DNA of 64,000 nucleotides from Micavibrio sp. UBA6929 (GTDB lineage Bacteria; Pseudomonadota; Alphaproteobacteria; Micavibrionales; Micavibrionaceae): NCBI GenBank assembly GCA_002448815.1, contig DKAJ01000003.1, positions 175,892 to 239,891 of the forward strand, read 5' to 3'. Shown piece by piece: positions 57,291 to 64,000 of this stretch (position 1 is its first letter; each line of letters starts with the position of its first letter). The notes under the pieces were generated by a model. It saw only the letters and a program-made list of their open reading frames with translations, ran no database searches and was not told where the DNA came from. The position numbers and the translations under genes were made by a program.

Positions 57291-60200
57291 TTATTTATTC
57301 ACCCAGTTTTGCAAGTCTGTACGGTTTTGATCTTTTGAATTTTTGAGCGTTGTCACCATGCTGAGCGCGGTTTCAAGGTCACCGTCTTTGGCGGAGTCTT
57401 CACCGATTTTTGCAAGATCACCAATTTGTTTCAGGCCAAAGTTATAGGCCATGCCTTTGAGTTCGTGCATGCGGGCGCGAATATAGTCTGCATCGCCTTG
57501 CTTATCACCTTCTTGCATCGCGGCAACGATGATATCAACCTGATCCAGGCACCCATCAACCAATTCAATGAATGTATCTTTGCCGAGTGATTCCATGAGG
57601 CTGTTGAGCATGGTCATGTCGTAATTTTCAGGTGGCAGGTCATTGCTTGCGCTGCTTTCGGTGCTTGCAGGGGGGGCTTGTTCCGGCGCAGGTGCCTGTG
57701 GTTGTGAAGTCTCAGGCGGTGTATCAGGAACGCTTGGCGCTTCTGCAGGCTCTTTTGCTTGCGTGCTTTCAGGTGATGGCGCGTGATTGCTTGTGATGAC
57801 GGCGGCGCTTTCAGGATGCTGTGTGGCCTCAATAGGGGTTTGATGCGCTAATTCCTGTAGTGGCGAAATTTGTTGGGGCTGCGGCGTGTAAAGGCTTTGT
57901 TCTTGCGGCGGTGTTGGTTGCGGCGTTTCTGACGGCGCGGGCGTTGAGAGTGTTGATGCGTTCTCTTGCGGTGGTACAGGGGTATAGGGGGCTTCTGTTG
58001 CTTTGGTCGCGCTGATGTTGTTGCTGTCCTCTTGTGGTTTGAATGGTGCACTAAGCGCATCTACTTGTGACGGTTTTTTCGGCGCCGCGGCTGGAGGTGT
58101 TACGTTGCCTGTGTTGCCGCTGCTATCTGTGGCGTCAGTGTTTTGTGGTTTTTCAGTCGGTGTGACGTTACGCAGGATCTCGTGGACTTTGTTATAGTCG
58201 ATTGGTTTTGCGATAGACCCATTGAGACCAGCCTGTTTCATTTCTTCTAAATCTTCTGGGCGCACATTGCCGGTTAAGCCCACAATAGGAAGGTCTTTGA
58301 GGTGAGGCATGTTTTCGGCGTTGCGGATTTTTCTTGTGAAATCTAATCCGCTCATCCCCAAAAGATTGATGTCTGTGAAGATGATATCAGGATGGAGCGA
58401 GGTTAGCTTTTCGATGGCTTCTTCTGCGCTTGGGTAGGCGAAGACGGTATGCTGATCTTTTTCTAGCAAACTTTGTAGGACTTTACGGTTAATATCGTTG
58501 TCTTCGATAATTGCGATGTCTAGTGGTGCAATTGCGGGTTCTTGCTTGATATCAGCCGCTGCTTGTGATGCGGAGAGCGGTTTGTTTTGTTCGCTATCGT
58601 TATACCCCACATCCATGACGAGTGTGAAATAGAAGGTTGTACCTTCGTTGATCACGCTGTGAATTTTAATTTCACTGCCCATGTTTTTAATCAGGCGCAT
58701 ACAAATCGCTAGGCCTAGGCCCGTGCCGCCATATTTACGTGCGGTTGATTTTTCTGCTTGGGTGAAGGGTTTAAACAGGTTCTTTTGTCCTTCTTCAGAA
58801 ATGCCAATGCCTGTGTCGGTAATAGAAAATTTAATAGCGCATTGATCATTGTAGAGGTTATCAACCCCGCCTGGTTCCAGTTTGATTGTTACGCTGCCTT
58901 GTTCTGTGAATTTTAGGGCGTTACTGACAAGGTTAAACAGAACCTGTTGTAGGCGGGTTGGGTCACCCATCACAAAGCGCGGAATGTCTGGTGAAATTTC
59001 ACTAAGAAGTTTGACATTCTTACCTTGGATATAACCAGTCATCAGCGTAATGATGCCTTTGGCCATTGAGTGCAGATCAATGTTGATATGCTCAAGTTCC
59101 ATAGACCCGTTTTCGATTTTTTCAAAGTCGAGAATATCATTGAGCAGCGCAACCATGGTTTCACCTGTTTTTTGCATGGTTAGCAAAAAGTCGCTTTGTT
59201 CTTTGGTTGGGGTTGTGTCTTGCATGAGCTTTAAGATGCCCATGATCCCGTTCATCGGCGTACGGATTTCGTGACTGACCACAGCTAGGAAAGCAGATTT
59301 AGCGGCGTTGGCGGCGTCGGCTTCTTCCTTGGCCCTGCGCATTTCTTCGCCGCGCTGAATTTCTTGCTCGCGCAGGTCGCCTAGAAGTTCGCGCTCGCGC
59401 TCGATGACGCGTAAAAGGCGCGCTTGGTCTGCGGCGTCTTTGGACTGCTGTAATCGTGCTAGGGCGTGGTGCGCGCGATTTTTCTTAACCTCGTTTTCTT
59501 GGTCATTCTTTTGGCTTTGACGGAAATGAATGCGTACAGCAATAAACAGCGTGATGATCTGGGGGATCATGCTGAAGATGAAAAGGTTTGATGCCCACGC
59601 CGCGTTGAAGGCTGTGTTGGCGTATGTCGCGCAACTGATGACGGTGCATGTGATCGCCAAGGCGTATGTCGCATAGTAGAAAGGCTTTGCCTCGCGAATA
59701 GTTGATTTCTTTTTCTGTTTAGAAAATTTGACGGCGGCAACAATGAGCGCGGCAATTAATGTGATTGCATAGAGGCCAGCTTGCAGCTGTTGCATGTTGG
59801 TCATTGGAATGAAGATAAACAGTGTGCTGACCAAGATAAGGCTGAATGCAATAAGGCCTTGTAAGGGGTTTTTACGGCTGGCAACAGTGATGATAAAGAT
59901 TAAACCGGTGGCTGCGATACTGGTGAAAACGAAGGTGAGGTTCTCTGCGTAGGCGAAGCTGTTCCAGTGCAAGTGAGATAAGTATGTAATCAGACCATAG
60001 TTTCCGAACATATAAATGGCGTAACTGACATAGGTCCAGCGGCTTTTGATAAGGGCAAAGGGCAAGAAAAAGCCTGTGGCCATTAACAGTAAGAAGCTGA
60101 TGGCGCTGAGGGTTATGTCGCTGATACGCGGCGTTGCAATGGCGCTTTCAGGGACGAGGGACGGAACAATTTGCGCAGGTAAGAAGCCTTTGAAACTTAC

Positions 60201-60737
60201 GGCGATGAAGATTTCTTCGGTTTTATTGGGCGTTAATGTGACAGGGACAGTTGTTTGTGATGGTGTTGGGGCGGAATGATCCCAGTCAATAAATACTGTG
60301 TTGGTCGTGGCGTTAACAACTTTTAATTGTGTTAAGGCACCTAAGCGACCCTCGAGTAGGGATCCAAGGTCTAGATGCCATGTGGCCGCGTTGGTTGAAT
60401 TTGTCACGGCGGCGCGCAACCATAATGCCTGCGGCTTTGTTCCAAGTGCGATGATGTTGCTTTGTGATGCCTTGGTTGATGTGGGCAGCATTTCTTGCGC
60501 CCATTCGTGCGCGGTAATTTTGCTGGGGTTATCAATTTTACGCATAAACGGCGCAAGGAATACGCGCTGGTCTTCGTTACTCAGTTCTATGCGGGTGTTT
60601 GCGGCGCTGGCGTATGTTGCAGTGAAGATGCAAGACAGCATCGCACCCATGATGATGAGCGCACGCGAAATAGAAAAAGCAAAGGGCTGTTTCGAAGAAG
60701 GATTAGCAGTTTTAATTAGGCGATAAAAACCAACCAT
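57291..60737 (-). CDS. 7TMR-DISM-type hybrid sensor histidine kinase with receiver and HPt domains
   Basis: Periplasmic domain plus a 7-TM block. H-box SHEIRTPMNGI, N-box LVSNALKFT, G-boxes DTGIGI and GGTGLGLAI. REC domain (DIIFTDINLLGMSG...IAKP). HPt domain (HELKGMAYNFGL). The start is uncertain, with candidates at 60803, 60737 and 60650. Confidence 0.8.
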   Translation of the reverse strand: MVGFYRLIKTANPSSKQPFAFSISRALIIMGAMLSCIFTATYASAANTRIELSNEDQRVFLAPFMRKIDNPSKITAHEWAQEMLPTSTKASQSNIIALGTKPQALWLRAAVTNSTNAATWHLDLGSLLEGRLGALTQLKVVNATTNTVFIDWDHSAPTPSQTTVPVTLTPNKTEEIFIAVSFKGFLPAQIVPSLVPESAIATPRISDITLSAISFLLLMATGFFLPFALIKSRWTYVSYAIYMFGNYGLITYLSHLHWNSFAYAENLTFVFTSIAATGLIFIITVASRKNPLQGLIAFSLILVSTLFIFIPMTNMQQLQAGLYAITLIAALIVAAVKFSKQKKKSTIREAKPFYYATYALAITCTVISCATYANTAFNAAWASNLFIFSMIPQIITLFIAVRIHFRQSQKNDQENEVKKNRAHHALARLQQSKDAADQARLLRVIERERELLGDLREQEIQRGEEMRRAKEEADAANAAKSAFLAVVSHEIRTPMNGIMGILKLMQDTTPTKEQSDFLLTMQKTGETMVALLNDILDFEKIENGSMELEHINIDLHSMAKGIITLMTGYIQGKNVKLLSEISPDIPRFVMGDPTRLQQVLFNLVSNALKFTEQGSVTIKLEPGGVDNLYNDQCAIKFSITDTGIGISEEGQKNLFKPFTQAEKSTARKYGGTGLGLAICMRLIKNMGSEIKIHSVINEGTTFYFTLVMDVGYNDSEQNKPLSASQAAADIKQEPAIAPLDIAIIEDNDINRKVLQSLLEKDQHTVFAYPSAEEAIEKLTSLHPDIIFTDINLLGMSGLDFTRKIRNAENMPHLKDLPIVGLTGNVRPEDLEEMKQAGLNGSIAKPIDYNKVHEILRNVTPTEKPQNTDATDSSGNTGNVTPPAAAPKKPSQVDALSAPFKPQEDSNNISATKATEAPYTPVPPQENASTLSTPAPSETPQPTPPQEQSLYTPQPQQISPLQELAHQTPIEATQHPESAAVITSNHAPSPESTQAKEPAEAPSVPDTPPETSQPQAPAPEQAPPASTESSASNDLPPENYDMTMLNSLMESLGKDTFIELVDGCLDQVDIIVAAMQEGDKQGDADYIRARMHELKGMAYNFGLKQIGDLAKIGEDSAKDGDLETALSMVTTLKNSKDQNRTDLQNWVNK

Positions 60738-60862
60738 AGCGCCACAAGTAAGCCACAAACGGCGTAGGTTGAAATTTTTGAGAGATGCACAAATCCAGCC
60801 CATGTGGCTTCGGCATTTTTAATAGCCTTAGGGTCGATTTTTGCAGGTGCTTTATTTGCCAT
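60716..60862 (-). CDS. 48-aa single-TM protein resembling aa3-type cytochrome oxidase subunit IV (COX4_pro_2) family
   Basis: MANKAPAKIDPKAIKNAEATWAGFVHLSKISTYAVCGLLVALWLVFIA parallels the ...QATFAGFIKG.TW..I...VLVFLAL pattern of Paracoccus subunit IV as I recall it. It is embedded in a 132-aa ORF-track entry. Confidence 0.5.
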   Translation of the reverse strand: MANKAPAKIDPKAIKNAEATWAGFVHLSKISTYAVCGLLVALWLVFIA

Positions 60863-60914
60863 GATTGTCGTCCGATTTTTGGTTGTCGATATTTTGTGAA
60901 CTGATCTTTTTAGT

Positions 60915-61508
60915 TTACTGGGGCAGCAATGTTTTTGCAACCCTTTCAACGGCCTCGGGGTAGGCGATGTGTTCTTGCACCAAGACGCGCTTGGCAAGTG
61001 TCTCTGCGGTGTCGTCTGGGTGGATGGGAACCTGCTTTTGTGTGATGATTTCGCCGCTATCGACTTCGGGGGCGACAAAATGCACGGTGCATCCTGCGGT
61101 GTCTTTGTCGTCATCGATGGCGCGCTGATGCGTGTTGAGGCCTTTATAGTCAGGCAACAGGGATGGGTGAATGTTGATCATGCGCTGCGCCCCCCAATGA
61201 TTGATGAAATGCGGCGTTAAAATGCGCATAAATCCGGCAAGGCAAATTAAGTCTGGCGCATAGGGCGTCAAAGCCTTGATGATCGCAGCTTCGAAGGGTT
61301 CGCGTCCGTCATGATCTTTGTGCGAGATGACCTCGGTCGGGATGCCAGCCTTTTGCGCGCGCGTCAGGCCAAAGGCATCACCTTTGTTTGATAGTACCAC
61401 GGCGATGCGGGCAGGGAAGTCATCACGGGCGCATGCATCAATAAGCGCCTGCAAGTTTGATCCGCTGCCCGAGATCAGGACGGCCAGATTTATTTTTTTG
61501 CTGGCCAT
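60915..61508 (-). CDS. purN: phosphoribosylglycinamide formyltransferase
   Basis: LAVLISGSGSNLQALI and the HPSLLP motif. 197 aa. Confidence 0.9.
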   Translation of the reverse strand: MASKKINLAVLISGSGSNLQALIDACARDDFPARIAVVLSNKGDAFGLTRAQKAGIPTEVISHKDHDGREPFEAAIIKALTPYAPDLICLAGFMRILTPHFINHWGAQRMINIHPSLLPDYKGLNTHQRAIDDDKDTAGCTVHFVAPEVDSGEIITQKQVPIHPDDTAETLAKRVLVQEHIAYPEAVERVAKTLLPQ

Positions 61509-62575
61509 GCGCCTTCCATGTTGTCGATGGTGATGGCTGGTGCGCCTTCGGTGCGTGGCTCGACTGTGCCGAGTGTAAAGACCTGTTCGCCAGCATCTTG
61601 CAGTGCATTTGCAATTTGCGCGGCGTGGCCTTTGTCGCAGACCACGATCATGCCAATGCCACAGTTAAATGTTGAGGCAAGGTCTTCATGTGTCAGGTCG
61701 CCTGCTTCGGCAAGCCATTTAAACAGTGCAGGCAATTCCCAGCTTTGTGCATCAATGCGCGCCGCCATTGTTTCAGGCAGAACGCGCGGCACGTTTTCAA
61801 GGAAGCCGCCGCCAGTAATGTGCGCCATTGCGTGGATAGCGGGTTTGTCGCCGTCCTTGACTTTAAGTGCTTCTAGTAATGGGCGCACATAAAGTTTTGT
61901 CGGTGCAAGGAGTGCGTCAGCCAGTGTGATGTTGTCGTCATAAGGGGCTTTTTCCGCGTATGACAAATTGTGTTTTTCAACGATGTGACGCACCAAAGAA
62001 AAACCGTTCGAGTGAACGCCGCTTGATGCGAGGCCAAGGATAACATCGCCTTGGGCAATGTTTTCGCCTGTTATGATGTTTTCGCGTTCAACTGCGCCGA
62101 CGCTAAAACCTGCGATATCGTAATCGCCTTCGCCGTACATGCCCGGCATTTCGGCCGTTTCGCCGCCGATCAGCGCGCAGCCTGATTCTTCGCATCCTTT
62201 GGCAATGCCTGCGATAACTTTTTCCGCGACTGTGTTTTCTAATTTGCCGGTGGCAAAGTAATCAAGGAAGAATAGGGGCTCTGCGCCTTGGACGATAATA
62301 TCGTTCACGCACATGGCCACGGCGTCGATGCCGATTGTGTCATGCTTGCCTGTTTCAATGGCGATTTTTAATTTTGTGCCAACACCGTCTGTGCCCGAGA
62401 CTAAAATAGGGTCTTTATAGCCCGTTGCCTTCAGGTCAAAGAGCGCGCCAAAGCCGCCAAGGCCACTGACAACGCCACTGCGGTGGGTCTTTTTGATATG
62501 GGGTTTGATGGCATCGACTAGCTGTGCGCCTGCATCGATATCCACACCTGCGTTTTTATATGCGCTTTGAGACAT
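61490..62575 (-). CDS. purM: phosphoribosylformylglycinamidine cyclo-ligase (AIR synthetase)
   Basis: YKNAGVDIDAG and DGVGTK motifs. Start chosen at MSQSAY (62575). Confidence 0.9.
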   Translation of the reverse strand: MSQSAYKNAGVDIDAGAQLVDAIKPHIKKTHRSGVVSGLGGFGALFDLKATGYKDPILVSGTDGVGTKLKIAIETGKHDTIGIDAVAMCVNDIIVQGAEPLFFLDYFATGKLENTVAEKVIAGIAKGCEESGCALIGGETAEMPGMYGEGDYDIAGFSVGAVERENIITGENIAQGDVILGLASSGVHSNGFSLVRHIVEKHNLSYAEKAPYDDNITLADALLAPTKLYVRPLLEALKVKDGDKPAIHAMAHITGGGFLENVPRVLPETMAARIDAQSWELPALFKWLAEAGDLTHEDLASTFNCGIGMIVVCDKGHAAQIANALQDAGEQVFTLGTVEPRTEGAPAITIDNMEGAWPAKK

Positions 62576-62621
62576 AAAAAGCCTTCCTTCATTCATTTTG
62601 CCGCACTATACTCGGCGCATC

Positions 62622-63797
62622 ATGATGATGCACTGCTCTTATAAAAGATTTTTAGCGCGCCGGGCAAGCCTTCCTTTGCTTTGCGCATTTGTTTTTATGG
62701 CTTTTTGTTCGGTTTTTGCGGGCGCGGGATTCGCTGCGGCGCTGTTTACGGTCGATCGGGTGCAGGTTGATGTCACCGCAGATAACGCACTTGCCGCGCG
62801 CGAGGAAGCCTTTGATCTGGCGCAGCGTAAGGCTTTTACCCAATTGGTGGATCGTTTGTCACCTAATGGTGCGGCTGCGGCGGAGATTGATTTGATGGAT
62901 ACATCTGTCATCGCATCGATGATTAAAGATTACGAAATTATCGAAGAAAAAATTTCTGATGTACGTTATATCGGGACATATACGTTCCGCTTTCGCAGTA
63001 GCGCCGTAAAGCGCTTTTTCTCGGGGCAGTCGCTGACCTACAGCGATTTGGAAAGTGATCCGATTATGATTTTGCCGTTCTATCAAGTGAATGGCCGTTA
63101 TGATCTATGGTCGTATGGGAACCGCTGGAAAGATGCGTGGGATCGTGTGAATGGCGTGAAGTCGCTTGTGCCTGTGATTGTGCCTGTGGGGGATTTGCAG
63201 GATGTTTCGGATATGCGTGATGATCAGGCGATGACGTATCAGACATATCGTTTGCGTGCTTTGACCGATCGTTATGGCGCGAAAGAAACTGTTATTGCTG
63301 TTGCTGTGCCTGATTCTAGTTTGATCCAAAGCATTCAAGGCGGCGGCGCCGCGCAAGGGTCATTGATTATTAAGCTTTACCGCACGGATGAATCGCGCCC
63401 TGTTTTGGCGACGCAATTCTTTATCCGCGCCGAGCCGAATGACACACATGATAGTTTGTTTGATCGCGGCGTTCAGCGCGTTCAGTCGTTGTTGCGTGAA
63501 AATTGGAAAGCGCAAACAATGGTGAATGCAGGGCAGATGAATAATATTCAGGCGCGCATTAGCATTGCGTCCTTGCAAGACTGGGTGCGCACGGAAAAGA
63601 AACTTAAGGCCGTTAGCGCGGTTGAAGATGTTTTGCTGGAATCGTTGACGGCGCAGCGCGCGGTCGTGACCTTGCAATTTGAAGGTGACTTGCGCCGCTT
63701 GCAAATGGCGCTGAATAAGCAAGGTATGAAGCTTGCGACATTGCAGGCCAATGATGTAAGGGTTGATCAGACAATCCCGATGTATGAGCTAAAGTAA
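62622..63797 (+). CDS. DUF2066-like periplasmic protein
   Basis: Signal/TM segment LPLLCAFVFMAFCSVFAGAGFAAA followed by LFTVDRVQVDVTADNALAAREEAF. It sits between purM and hdaA. An alternative TTG start lies at 62598. Confidence 0.55.
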   Translation: MMMHCSYKRFLARRASLPLLCAFVFMAFCSVFAGAGFAAALFTVDRVQVDVTADNALAAREEAFDLAQRKAFTQLVDRLSPNGAAAAEIDLMDTSVIASMIKDYEIIEEKISDVRYIGTYTFRFRSSAVKRFFSGQSLTYSDLESDPIMILPFYQVNGRYDLWSYGNRWKDAWDRVNGVKSLVPVIVPVGDLQDVSDMRDDQAMTYQTYRLRALTDRYGAKETVIAVAVPDSSLIQSIQGGGAAQGSLIIKLYRTDESRPVLATQFFIRAEPNDTHDSLFDRGVQRVQSLLRENWKAQTMVNAGQMNNIQARISIASLQDWVRTEKKLKAVSAVEDVLLESLTAQRAVVTLQFEGDLRRLQMALNKQGMKLATLQANDVRVDQTIPMYELK

Positions 63798-63831
63798 GTA
63801 TTTCCGTTTTGACGAGTTAAGATAACGCCCT

Positions 63832-63999
63832 ATGCCAGCCCTAGAAGCGCAACAAATTCCATTTGATCTGCCAACGCGCCCTGCGATGGGGCGTGATGAT
63901 TTTCTTGTCGGTCCTGAAAATTCAGAGGCCGCGGGGTGGATTGATCGCTGGCCTGAGTGGCCTGCGCCTGCGCTGGTAGTATCGGGCCCCGCAGCCAGC
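63832..63999 (+). CDS. hdaA: DnaA-related regulatory inactivator (HdaA-like), N-terminal fragment running off the window
   Basis: MPALEAQQIPFDLPTRPAMGRDDFLVGPENSEAAGWIDRWPEWPAPALVVSGPAAS matches the HdaA N-terminal pattern QLPL.L......R.DF.V...N..A...I..WP.WP. The frame is still open at the window end. Confidence 0.65.
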   Translation, partial: MPALEAQQIPFDLPTRPAMGRDDFLVGPENSEAAGWIDRWPEWPAPALVVSGPAAS

Positions 64000-64000
64000 G

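Overview
Densely packed chromosomal window with about 52 CDS. I found no rRNA, tRNA, CRISPR array, transposase or integrase. The gene content suggests an alphaproteobacterium: a purN-purM / DUF2066 / HdaA-like arrangement, a COX4_pro_2-like mini-protein and an adrenodoxin-type ferredoxin. That assignment is inference only.

Housekeeping genes: panC (partial), bioC plus a bioH-like gene, cysQ-ugd, bcp, tyrS, anmK, tsaC/sua5, gmd-fcl-manC, dcp, a split mnmC, purN, purM and hdaA (partial). There is also a TetR-controlled RND efflux operon.

Accessory content worth a second look:
1. A surface-glycan locus (about 4.1-17.6 kb) encoding Wzx, a Wzy-like protein, two sulfotransferases, an LbH acetyltransferase, an NHL propeller, a glutamine-dependent AsnB-like amidotransferase with a synthetase-only paralogue, one GT4, a beta-helix protein and an outer-membrane barrel. 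Support genes sit elsewhere in the window: cysQ-ugd, a UDP-GlcA 4-epimerase, a GDP-fucose operon and a WecA-like gene.
2. Two orphan type I secretion substrates. One is a 1168-aa serralysin-like protease with a ~1.6-kb RTX array. The other is a 1667-aa adhesin-like protein built from three ~0.92-kb tandem units, with a vWA domain and three near-identical poly-Ser-coding cassettes, one of which splits the vWA domain.
3. Two guanidino-group-modifying-enzyme superfamily genes, one translationally coupled to the GDP-fucose operon.
4. A 7TMR-DISM hybrid kinase with a ~180-aa Pro/Gln-rich linker.
5. A hidden 48-aa ORF.
6. Several candidate operators.

All calls come from reading the ORF translations and the DNA by eye. 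No searches were run, and hand-counted motif coordinates may be off by a few nt.
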